Source: Octopus sinensis (Eukaryota). Taken from it: a DNA stretch of 15,329 nt. Each line of letters starts with the position of its first letter. Positions within the stretch are counted from its first letter, which is position 1. The notes below the pieces were generated by a model. That model was given only the letters and a program-made list of their open reading frames with translations, ran no database searches and was not told the DNA's origin. Location: assembly GCF_006345805.1 (NCBI RefSeq), contig NW_021825463.1, forward strand, positions 1-15,329, written 5' to 3'. This document shows positions 1 through 9,190 of the stretch, piece by piece. The translations under genes and the position numbers were made by a program.

Positions 1-232
1 CTTACAGCTGTTTATAAAATAGTTGAGCCTGTAGATCAAATGTTACTGAGGAAATATTTCCATTGAACCTAACTACGCTGTTATCGGATAGTGAAATATA
101 GAGAATAACCTTAATTAATGATATTAATAGCCATCGTCTCGTCGAGGAACTAAGGAGTCTATAAAGTAAAAGATAACAGAGGGTGGTGAGTCCATGGTTG
201 AAGTACTGACAAAATCTTTATTAAAAGGTACT
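1..232 (-). mobile_element. Possible Penelope-like pseudo-LTR remnant, truncated by the window edge
   Basis: The minus strand ends in TAAACAGCTGTAAG, with palindromic ACAGCTGT, similar to GAAATAGCTGTAAG at 9458-9471 and to hammerhead stem III motifs. The core is not intact. Confidence 0.3.
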
Positions 233-420
233 TTAATTTTGCAGTTACATTCTTAATGTATTAAGGTAATCTATGGCAAACTGTGACCGAAGTTACAAGT
301 ACCATCTTTTAAGAATAAGTCAAGTAAATTTGTGTCATGTTTAAATTGTAAATATTAAGTCATAAATTAAGTCATGCGCAGAAGTGATTCTTGTTTTGGC
401 TGTCTTTCTTATGTTTGTAA

Positions 421-427
421 TATACAT

Positions 428-488
<61 letters not shown>
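421..488. repeat. Compound (CA)n/(TA)n/(TG)n microsatellite
   Basis: Directly visible. Confidence 0.95.
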
Positions 489-490
<2 letters not shown>

Positions 491-606
491 GGCCTGCTCG
501 CTTAGCCAGCGGGGTGACGTCATCTGAAGGCTAAAACAATGCGAAGCGCATTGTGACCAGCGATGTGTAGCAACATCTGATAGCCTGGTCGGTCACGGGG
601 ATCACG

Positions 607-610
<4 letters not shown>
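491..610 (+). mobile_element. GC-rich structured interspersed repeat fragment, probably a SINE/LINE 3' tail
   Basis: 120-bp GC-rich island between microsatellites. Hairpins ACAATGCG-AAG-CGCATTGT (536-554) and GACCAG/CTGGTC (555-590). Confidence 0.4.
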
Positions 611-663
<53 letters not shown>

Positions 664-702
664 ATATATTGTATGTATGTATGTATGTATGTATGATGTA
701 TG

Positions 703-752
<50 letters not shown>
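610..752. repeat. (TA)n/(TATG)n microsatellite
   Basis: Directly visible. Confidence 0.95.
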
Positions 753-753
<1 letters not shown>

Positions 754-1387
754 GCCCACTCAACGGTAAACATCTTATAGCCGTCTTTAATATTCAGCTT
801 CAAAACCATCTTTTTGGTTATATTTCAAGTTACATTTCAAGTCGTGCACTTCCAGTACATTACTATTATATTACAACTTAAAACAATGATATAAAAGTGG
901 ATATAAAAGTGGTACACACTTTTATCTACCCAACATGGATGATGTACAAAGTTGGCTTCCACCGAATTTGAAATCAAAACGTAAAAATCGTAAGAAATGC
1001 AAGGTACTTTTCCGGCAATTTCTCGATTCAACCAAGTTACGCTTCCTACTGCATGACGTTTTGTAATTTCTTGTAGTAAAATTGAGTGGACGGAAGTTCA
1101 TATAAAGTCTTCTGGTAGATTCAACCCAAGGTGCGATTAATCATTAAGCATAATAAAGATGTACTTTGGGCACGAAGGGAACGTGAGTACCACAGAAATG
1201 GTAGATGGTTTACGACACAAAAGAAATCACTTTGAACTTGCTAAAATAATATTCGAAGAGATTTATATGATCAGAAAATATAATATCGAAGTGCTGATGG
1301 TCTGACAGTGTGGATATGGTTAAAGATACTTGCAATTAAATAGAGTAGGAAAAAAACTTTTCAACCATAAATAAAGTGGAAGAATGC

Positions 1388-1406
1388 AATAATAATAATA
1401 ATAATA

Positions 1407-1454
<48 letters not shown>

Positions 1455-1520
1455 TGATGATAATAATAATGATAATAATAACAATAACAATAACAATAAC
1501 AACAACAACAATCATCATCA
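1388..1520. repeat. (AAT)n/(GAT)n/(AAC)n trinucleotide microsatellite, partly the tail of the adjacent LINE
   Basis: Directly visible. Confidence 0.95.
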
Positions 1521-1630
1521 TTATTGTTCGACCGTGGTTGAGACAATGGAATTTTCCATGCTACACCAGACTTCACGGTCCATCATGGCATTACGGAGGT
1601 CCTATTGCTGGATGCCTGTATCTCTGGAGA
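1511..1630 (-). mobile_element. 5'-truncated RTE-like LINE 3' end
   Basis: The minus strand translates SRDTGIQQ*DLRNAMMDREVWCSMENSIVSTTVEQ*, matching the RTE C-terminal AxDRxxW motif, followed directly by a (TGA)n/(TGT)n/(TTA)n tail. Confidence 0.7.
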
Positions 1631-1647
1631 CAACAACAATAATAATG

Positions 1648-1708
<61 letters not shown>

Positions 1709-1727
1709 TAATAGAAATAATAATAAT
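1631..1727. repeat. (AAT)n microsatellite
   Basis: Directly visible. Confidence 0.95.
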
Positions 1728-2094
1728 TTTGCATGTTACTGTGTTAGTTTTGTTTCATTTTGAAAAATAAAATTTTATTTAATTGTTTATTATATTTTAT
1801 GCTTTGAATTACATAAGTGTGGAGCACAGAAATCTGTTACAACGTAGCATGACAATCAAGATTAGATTAGGTGGTTCAATGAAATGCTGGTACACCAACA
1901 CGTAAAATACGATTCAGGAAATTCACTTGATCGACCAACAGAACCCGTTTTGTGGAACGTCAGCGAACTACAATTCAAAGAAGTATATCTATATCAATTC
2001 ATTCCTTCGTTCATAGCTAATTAAAGTTATCTGAAAATTGAATGTCCCTCTCCAGAGATTGAACCTGCATAAGGCACGTTATTATTCTTTAGTC

Positions 2095-2330
2095 TTTTTC
2101 TTCTGTCAATCACTGGACTGCGGTTATGCTGGAGCACCAACTTGTCGGGTTTTAGTTGAACAAATTACACCCATCCCGCCCAGGACGTGTGCTTTTGTAT
2201 TTTTATACGTCCGTTACTTTTTTCAGAATTGCTAAGTTACGGGGAATGTAAGAAACCCAATACCGGGTTCTCATACCGTAAAGTGAGCATTAATAAACAT
2301 CAACATAAAGACAGACATTCAAAGACACAC
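2095..2330 (-). mobile_element. Diverged 3' half of the SINE family at 7553-7942
   Basis: GACTGCGGTTATGCTGGAGCACC and GCTAAGTTACGGGGA match the reverse complement of 7785-7915 (GGTGGACCAGCATGGCCGCAGTC; TCCCCGTCACTAAGC). Confidence 0.75.
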
Positions 2331-2373
2331 TTATGTATGTATACATGTGTGTGTATGCATGCATATATATATA

Positions 2374-2871
2374 GTCAATAATAAAGGGTACCCTTTATTA
2401 TTGACAATATATTTCTCTCTCCCTGAAATTTTAACTGCAGTTTACCTCTGTAGGAATGTACTACTCTGTGACTCACGTGGGTGGACAGGGACGAATGCAA
2501 GGTCTCATTTGTATTTTTGAATTCGCTGGTACTGGAAGTCTGGCATGGTTTGTCTGGTGTTACTCATACCGGACGGGTATGTTTGATTTTTAGTACTTTC
2601 AAATCCAAATCAGAAGAAATATTTGAGCTGATGAAGGAAGTGTTGAGCTTTATAGTCAACTAATCCAGAAACAAGCTTGTTCTCAGGTGATCCTATCTAG
2701 ATGTGATTTTCCATTATTTTTCCCTTATACCTGTGTGAGTTATTTCTGAGTATGCATTGTCTGGGAGACTTTTCTTACAGTAGAAGAAATAGCTAAGTTA
2801 TTGGCTGCTGTTTCTAAAAGGTTCGGTGTGTGGTAAAGTAAATTATTTTACTGAACCCTATTTTTATAAAG

Positions 2872-2873
<2 letters not shown>
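2374..2873 (+). mobile_element. Non-coding hammerhead-bearing element (Penelope pLTR or retrozyme-like) inserted in (TA)n
   Basis: Bounded by TA tracts, begins with a 32-bp perfect palindrome, and contains a hammerhead fold at 2621-2688. Confidence 0.55.
2621..2688 (+). ncRNA. Type I hammerhead ribozyme (minimal, PLE-type), intact core
   Basis: Stem I ATTTGAG/CTCAGGT. Core CTGATGA (2628-2634). Stem II GGA/TCC plus GTTGA/TCAAC. GAA (2668-2670). Palindromic stem III ACAAGCTTGT (2671-2680). GUU cleavage triplet ending at 2681. Confidence 0.75.
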
Positions 2874-2946
<73 letters not shown>

Positions 2947-3010
2947 GTACATCTGTATACATACATACATAATACATACACACACATACACACCCACACA
3001 TATGTATATA
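2874..3010. repeat. (TA)n/(TATG)n/(CA)n microsatellite
   Basis: Directly visible. Confidence 0.95.
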
Positions 3011-3017
3011 CATAGGA

Positions 3018-3219
3018 ATACAAAAATGGGACAAGAACACAAAACATCCAGACAGTTATGTGGTACAAAAAAGGGACAACATAACATCCGGACAGAAAAC
3101 AATGACGGGTCATCCAGAGTTTTTTATCCTCGGTCGAGTTCCAGATTGGGTGTTTTGTTGTCCCTTTTTTGTATCAGCTAACTGTCTGGATATTTTGCCT
3201 TCTTGTCCCATGTTGTATT
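3018..3219. repeat. Imperfect inverted repeat, arms about 70 bp with a spacer of about 58 bp
   Basis: ATGGGACAAGAA...TCCAGACAGTTA...TACAAAAAAGGGACAACA (3026-3081) is matched by its reverse complement within 3148-3219. Confidence 0.85.
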
Positions 3220-3259
3220 TTTATATATAAAATATAGTGACGTACGTACACTTTGGTTA

Positions 3260-3296
3260 CTCTCTCTCTTTTTCTCTCTCTCTCTCTTTCTCTCTC

Positions 3297-3335
<39 letters not shown>
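3260..3335. repeat. (CT)n microsatellite
   Basis: Directly visible. Confidence 0.95.
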
Positions 3336-3338
<3 letters not shown>

Positions 3339-3547
3339 CATATAATATATGTATAAACTTTATCGTAATTTCTTAACACTTTTTCAAGATGTTTTAACAT
3401 ATTTCCAGAAAAAATTTTAAGATATTGCAATATTTTTCTTAACATGAAAATGACGTAACCTTGGCTACCAAATACACTCATAAAACACTGTAGACTCGTG
3501 GCTCTAGCAGAATATACTAGCCAAGTTGACGCATACTAGATCTGAAG

Positions 3548-3600
3548 TCGAAAGCATGTGGTTGCAAAACCACTTTCTTAATTACACAGCCATTACTGCG
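3548..3600 (-). mobile_element. Decayed tRNA-derived SINE head of the 7553 family
   Basis: The reverse complement reads TGGCTGTGTAATTAAGAAAGTGGTTTTGCAACCACATG, similar to TGACTGTGTGGTAAGCAGCTTGCTTACAACATG at 7560-7592. Confidence 0.45.
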
Positions 3601-3892
3601 ATTATAATATTTTATTTCTTTCTTTTATACTTTTGTGTGGATGTTTTGTGATTGACCATACACTTGCAAAACACCTCACTTTTCTTCACCGATGACATCC
3701 GAGGTAACGAGGCAAGGCCGGCATAGCTTTGTAAACGTTACCTCGTAGAAGATTACATAAATAAACAAAGAATCTAAGTAAATACAACAGGAAAGGCATT
3801 GCCTTCTGAGGCTCTAACAACTCTTTTGTTCCTTTAGTCTGGATCGGTACCTTATGTGTTGAATGCGAAAATATAAAATACAAACGGATCCT

Positions 3893-3985
3893 GGAAGAAT
3901 TTGAACTCAGGAGACAGTGATTACGCTTAAATAATAGGAAACATTCTATTCGACGCTTTTATGATTCTACAAATCCAACGTCTTA
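3893..3985 (-). mobile_element. Decayed head of the Meta-domain SINE family
   Basis: GAATTTGAACTCAG is identical to the B-box region of the 6897-7126 copy, with weak similarity beyond it. Confidence 0.45.
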
Positions 3986-4419
3986 TATTAGTGTTGTTTT
4001 GAGCATACGCAATTTTATAAATATAGATATGCATATCTATATGTGTATGAATGTCTATCTACATAAACACGCGTATCTGTGTGTGCATATGTCTTTATAT
4101 GTATGCATAAATAAATATGTGTTTGAGTCTGTACACATGGATATGTGGGTCTGTCTGTGTGTTTGTGTGTTTGTGTGTTTGAGTGCATGTGGATAACGTT
4201 TGTGCGTGCGTGGCTGTGTGAGTAGATGAAAGTAATACAAGGAACTTATACATCTGTTATGTGAATGCATATTCAGATTGCTATGTAGATAAATTTTCAA
4301 ACATTCTGTATATCTAATATTGAATCTTCTGCACTCGTTATCAATAATCTAAGATGAAAATAATAATGCATCACACGTATATTTTTATACAGAAACACAC
4401 ATATAATATGTGAAAATAA

Positions 4420-4422
4420 ATG

Positions 4423-4461
<39 letters not shown>

Positions 4462-4569
4462 GTTCGAACGTGGATATACATATCTATGCTTATATGTATG
4501 TGCCTATCATTATATGTGTTTAAGTATGAATGTATGAACGTCTTTGGATATATGTGCGTATATATGTTA

Positions 4570-4630
<61 letters not shown>

Positions 4631-4870
4631 GCACGCGTACACAGAGACGCATACACAGACAGAGACACATACACACACATACAAGCACACACAGACATAT
4701 ATGTATATAGACACATGCATGTATATGCATATGTATACATACACTGTCACGCGTACAAGTGTAAACACGGTATCTTAATCGTACTGACATTGGAAATATG
4801 TTGTTTGAGTACTGCATATACATGTGTGTATGTGTGTGTATTTGTGTGTGTGTGTTTATGTGTCTGTATA
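4420..4870. repeat. Low-complexity (TA)n/(CA)n/(TG)n region
   Basis: Directly visible; pure TA tracts at 4425-4461 and 4576-4622. Confidence 0.9.
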
Positions 4871-4994
4871 CCCTTCATTGATCTGTAAGCTACATCGCCG
4901 AAATTTCGACGTTACCAATAACTTTTTGTACAATATAAAGTAAATATGTTATTCAGAGCGTCGGATCTTTTATTTTCGTTTTTTTTTTCCTTTT

Positions 4995-5062
4995 TAAGTT
5001 CAAATCTCAGCCAGGTGATGTTTGCTTTCATCTATTTAGAGTAAATAAAATAAAGTACCACT
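4995..5062 (+). mobile_element. Decayed Meta-domain SINE fragment
   Basis: AAGTTCAAAT (B box), TTTGCTTTCATC and ATAAAATAAAGTACCA parallel the reverse complement of 6985-7055. Confidence 0.5.
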
Positions 5063-5147
5063 GATCATCTTTTTGAAAGATGCTGGATTAAAATTGCTGG
5101 CAGTAACATACTATAGTCGCAAAAAATATATTATGATCTTTCGTTCG

Positions 5148-5219
5148 GCTTTGGATCTAGGATAGAAACCGGCTCTTTCTCTATTAGCAAGAAATCTTGA
5201 AATAAAACTGAACAATGAT
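5148..5219 (+). mobile_element. Extreme 3' end of an R4/Dong-type retrotransposon
   Basis: Near-identical to the reverse complement of 14286-14355 (ACCGGCTCTTTCTCTATT...AAATCTTGAAATA..ACTGAACAATGA) and runs into (ATAC)n. Confidence 0.75.
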
Positions 5220-5227
5220 ATACATAC

Positions 5228-5258
<31 letters not shown>

Positions 5259-5275
5259 CATACATACATACATAC
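5220..5275. repeat. (ATAC)n microsatellite
   Basis: Directly visible. Confidence 0.95.
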
Positions 5276-5822
5276 TGTCCTGAAATAAACTTACAAAATC
5301 CCTCTATTATGGAATACATTCGTAAACATCAACTCAATGAATGCTGGTGGAATATTCCCATCAAAACGTCTGTCAAATGGAAACATAACAGACCGGATAT
5401 TGTTACTGGGACAGAGGAGCAAAGGTATGTACCGTCATAGAGGTTAGCTGCCCTGCAGATATAAATATCTCTTTGAAAATCAAAGAAAAAGAGGATATCT
5501 ATGGACAAAGGTTTCGAAACCTCCGGCTTCTGTATCCAGACTATGAATTCATATTCATACCAATACTAATTGGAGCACTAGGTTTTGTTATTAAATGCTT
5601 AAATGTGAGTCTGGATAAACTGGGATTTTCAAAAAGAGAAATCGACCGGCTAATTGTTGAATTACAAGTGCAATCTTTGAGTGGAACAGTAAAAATATGC
5701 AAAACTTCTCAAGTTCCAAATGTAAATTTGTGTTAACTACATCTCAACGATGAAACCTTGTATCTTTGTTGGAAACCGGCTCCCTCCTCAGTGGAAGATT
5801 TATAATATTTAAAAAATAAAGA
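5276..5822 (+). mobile_element. 5'-truncated R4/Dong-type non-LTR retrotransposon with frameshifted restriction-like endonuclease domain and 3' UTR
   Basis: Translates WWNIPIKTSVKWKHNRPDIV, then a frameshift, then WDRGAKVCTVIEVSCPADINISLKIKEKEDIYG...IPILIGALG...QSLSGTVKICKT. These are the RPD, E, EK..Y and PxxxGALG motifs of the RLE domain. Flanked on both sides by ATAC repeats. Confidence 0.85.
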
Positions 5823-5836
5823 TACATGCATACATA

Positions 5837-6023
5837 ATGAAACCAGACAAAGAAGAACAAATAAGAAAAAACAATAACACGAGGACGTGGTACAAGTATT
5901 GTATTATCAGATGCTCAGGAAAGGAAATAAAGATGATTTAAAGTTTCGAGCCAAGTTCTTCTCCAGAAATAGAGGCAGGGAAGACGGAGGAAGAAAATCA
6001 CCAACGATACACAAGCGGTTACA
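5837..6023 (-). mobile_element. Penelope pLTR-like cassette with a decayed hammerhead at 5936-5970
   Basis: The minus strand reads ATTT-CTGGAGA-A-GAAC-TTG-GCTC-GAA-ACTT-T-AAAT, followed by TTCCTGAGC, a motif shared with the 8895 and 14094 cassettes. Confidence 0.55.
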
Positions 6024-6041
6024 TTCTTATGTACGTACGTA

Positions 6042-6257
6042 CAATGGGGTGCTAAAAAGTTTCTGGATTTAAGGGTGTCGCGAAAGGCTTGGTTAAAGGT
6101 TCAAACTTCCGAGTTCTTTTACAAGGCTTTGAAAAACTGAAGGATTGCTGCAATAGGTGTGTGAATCGTAGAAAGGTATATGTTGAATGAAACAATTATG
6201 AACATCTCCTCCTTTATACTCTTTTACTCAAAGCCAGGATATGTTCAGCACCCTTTG
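6042..6257 (+). mobile_element. Tc1/mariner non-autonomous deletion derivative (MITE-like)
   Basis: TA on both sides (6040-6041, 6258-6259). Imperfect ~28-bp TIRs: CAATGGGGTGCTAAAAAGTTTCTGGATTT versus the reverse complement CAAAGGGTGCTGAACATATCCTGGCTTT. Internal QGFEKLKDCCNRCVNRRKVYVE* resembles the mariner transposase C-terminus. Confidence 0.8.
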
Positions 6258-6479
6258 TATGTAAATACATACATGCGTGTGAATGTGTGAGGAAGCCCAC
6301 ATGTGTGTATATAAGGAAGGAGAGAATGGGAGAGAGTGAGAGACAGAGAGAGAGTAAGAGAGAAAGATAGGGATAGAGAAATCGATGCTGTATAAATTAT
6401 GTATTTCATCGAAGATACTAATTAAGTAATCAACACTTTGGTACAAATGTCTAGGGATTCTATTACCATGCAGCTTAAT

Positions 6480-6495
6480 CTCTCTCTCTCTCACA

Positions 6496-6533
<38 letters not shown>
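6480..6533. repeat. (CT)n/(CA)n microsatellite
   Basis: Directly visible. Confidence 0.95.
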
Positions 6534-6535
<2 letters not shown>

Positions 6536-6629
6536 CTAGTATATCACTGAATCACCCACAAAACCAGTTATTGTTATGCACTCCTGTTCACACTGCGCTT
6601 CCTCGAATTATTATATATCTTTTAAATGA

Positions 6630-6795
6630 TGCCATCAGGCTGGTTAGTCCATTGCCAGTTAAGTAACAAACTGCTAAGCGAACTGGAGTAACGAGACCAC
6701 ATGAAAGGAAATGTATTGTTCAAGAACACAACGCACCACCTGATTCAGAAATGATCGTGAGGGCAACAACTTAACCGCTTGGCCAGGCAACTCAC
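6630..6795 (-). mobile_element. Decayed tRNA-derived SINE (third family)
   Basis: The minus strand has A box TGGCCAAGCGG, a deleted B-box region, then GCGTTGTGTTCTTGAACAATACATTT and GCAATGGACTA, which resemble SINE central domains. Confidence 0.5.
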
Positions 6796-6896
6796 ACACA
6801 AATATATATTAATACACATAATCCGATTAAATGGAGGGATGCGCAATTTGGCTTTAGCAGTTTAAAGTCAGAAAGTAAACCACCGGAAGAACTATC

Positions 6897-7126
6897 TTTC
6901 TTTACTACCCACAAGGGGCTAAATACAGAGGGGACAAACAAGGGCAGACAAACGGATTAAGTCGATTATATCGACACCCAGTGCGTAACTGGTACTTAGT
7001 TTATCGACCCTGATAGGCTGAAAAGCAAAGTCGACCTCGGTGGAATTTGAACTCAGAACGTAATGGCAGACGAATTACCGCTAAGCATTTGGCACGGCGC
7101 GCTAACGTTTCTGCCAGCTCGCCGCC
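6897..7126 (-). mobile_element. Full-length tRNA-derived SINE with Meta domain
   Basis: The minus strand reads GGCGGCGAGCTGGCAGAAACG (A box), GAGTTCAAATTCC (B box), then GGTCGACTTTGCTTTTCAGCCTATCAGGGTCGATAAACTAAGTACCAG (Meta-domain-like), with an AAAG tail. Confidence 0.85.
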
Positions 7127-7414
7127 TTTGCGGAAGAAATATCATAAGGTATTTCTTGCGACTCTGATCTGATTCTATCAGCTTGCTGCCCTTTGTGGCT
7201 TCCAATTCTGCAACTTTAATGAAAGATCATCAGTGATACTTTATTTTATTGACTCCGGATAGATAAAAAGTTAAAGCTGATCTGACATGAAATTGAAATT
7301 AGAACGTAAAATATCACAACAAATGATGCAGCGAATATTTTCCGACGCTCAGAATAATATATTTTTTTTATATTGTACAAAAAAATGTTATAAGTAACTT
7401 CGAAGTTAGATAAA

Positions 7415-7515
7415 GTGTGTATGTGTATGAATGTATGTATATATGCATGCATGTAAGTAAGTAAGTATGTATGTATGTATGTATGTATGTATGTATGTAT
7501 GTATGTATGTATGTA
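7415..7515. repeat. (TATG)n microsatellite
   Basis: Directly visible. Confidence 0.95.
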
Positions 7516-7552
7516 TAAGAAACATCCACTTGTCCATGTTTGCATGGGTTAG

Positions 7553-7942
7553 ACAGGAGTGACTGTGTGGTAAGCAGCTTGCTTACAACATGGTTCCGGG
7601 TTCAGTCCCACTGCGTGGCAACTTGAGCAAGTGTCTTCTACTATAGCCTCAGGCCGACCAAAACCTTGTGAATAGATTTGGTAGACGGAAACTGAAAGAA
7701 GCCCGTCGTATATGTATGTATATATGTGTGTGCCTGTGTTTGTCTCCCTAGCATTGCTTGACAACCGATGCCGGTGTGTTTATGTCCCCGTCACTAAGCG
7801 GGTGGACAAAAAAGACCGATAGAATAAGTACTGGGCTTACAAAGAATAAGTCCCGGGGTCGATTTGCTCAACTAAAGGCGGTGGACCAGCATGGCCGCAG
7901 TCAAATGACTGAAACAAGGAAAAGCGTAAAAAGAGTAAAGAG
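7553..7942 (+). mobile_element. Full-length tRNA-derived SINE with internal microsatellite
   Basis: A box TGACTGTGTGG, B box GGTTCAGTCCC, CORE-like CTTGAGCAAGTGTCTT, an internal TA/TG tract and a GTAAAAAGA-type tail. A second partial copy lies at 2095-2330. Confidence 0.85.
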
Positions 7943-7949
7943 TATACAA

Positions 7950-8022
7950 GCACACACACACACTCTCACACACATACACTACACACTACACACACACACA
8001 TACACTACACATGCACTACACA

Positions 8023-8064
<42 letters not shown>
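7950..8064. repeat. (CA)n microsatellite
   Basis: Directly visible. Confidence 0.95.
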
Positions 8065-8066
<2 letters not shown>

Positions 8067-8559
8067 TAATGGCTCCATCTCTGTTTCTCTACACACATGG
8101 TTTCGCCACCTGTCACGGAAATAAAATCTAACATGAAATCCATAAAATATAATCAACTGTATTTAAGCACAAACGTCTAGAGATTAGTAGCCATATACAT
8201 GCGTGCATTATATATGCATAACGCATGTGCGTGTGGTGGACAAGGATTTATACTTACATACACATACATATGCACGTAACTTAACACATATACAATATAT
8301 AGATAATATAAAGACGTCTATTTCTATGAATTTCAAACACATACACACATGCACGTAATATATTAACATATATCTAAGCGTGCACGTATATTGATATATT
8401 ACATAGGCACAAAGCCAAAGAGATGGCTAGAATCGGTTGAATGTAACTTAGAACATATCGGGTGCTGACCAATTTATCAGTCTCAATAGATCATCAAGAC
8501 AAATCTAACCTTAGTAATTCAGTTCAAAAAGCAACAGGGAAGGCCTGCTGCAACACGCA

Positions 8560-8890
<331 letters not shown>

Positions 8891-8894
8891 ATGA

Positions 8895-9087
8895 TATATC
8901 GTTAGCCACTACACACATTTATTTCTCTCCTTTTTTTCTCTCCTTGTTTTCTCTGTGTCCCTTCCTGTAGAAGAGCGTAGGCTCGAAACGTAAAAGACTT
9001 TATCTATTCCTGAGTGTTATATCTGTACATCTGTCTGTTTTGTACACCTACTGTCTTCGCCTTTTGTTTTTTTCGTAAACTCTCCCT
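8895..9087 (+). mobile_element. Penelope pLTR-like cassette with a hammerhead-like fold at 8957-8998
   Basis: CTGTAGA-A-GAGC-GTAG-GCTC-GAA-ACGT-A-AAAGAC. Homologous over ~130 bp to the reverse complement of 14094-14232, and flanked by TA tracts. Confidence 0.65.
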
Positions 9088-9190
9088 ATATATATATTTA
9101 TACATACACACACTCACACATACATACATACATACATACATACATACATACATACATACATACATACATACATACATACATACATACATG
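9087..9190. repeat. (TA)n/(ATAC)n microsatellite
   Basis: Directly visible. Confidence 0.95.

Noticed and set aside
42-150. Hammerhead from CTGAGGA (46-52, plus) or TCGACGA (minus)
   Set aside because: Neither has a correctly placed GAAA...UH with closing stems in this copy.
524-558. CTGAAGG...GAAGCGCA as a hammerhead
   Set aside because: A9 and A15.1-U16.1 are absent, and the segment is better explained by a simple 8-bp hairpin.
888-925. 12-bp tandem duplication GATATAAAAGTG with an adjacent 9-bp inverted copy
   Set aside because: Short and AT-rich, consistent with local slippage or fold-back; no array or spacers.
2542-2583. SECIS element
   Set aside because: No AUGA/GA quartet (reads ATGG/GGTA) and no apical AA in this copy.
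5473-5736. 87-aa ORF as a standalone gene
   Set aside because: It is part of a frameshifted, 5'-truncated retrotransposon endonuclease domain.
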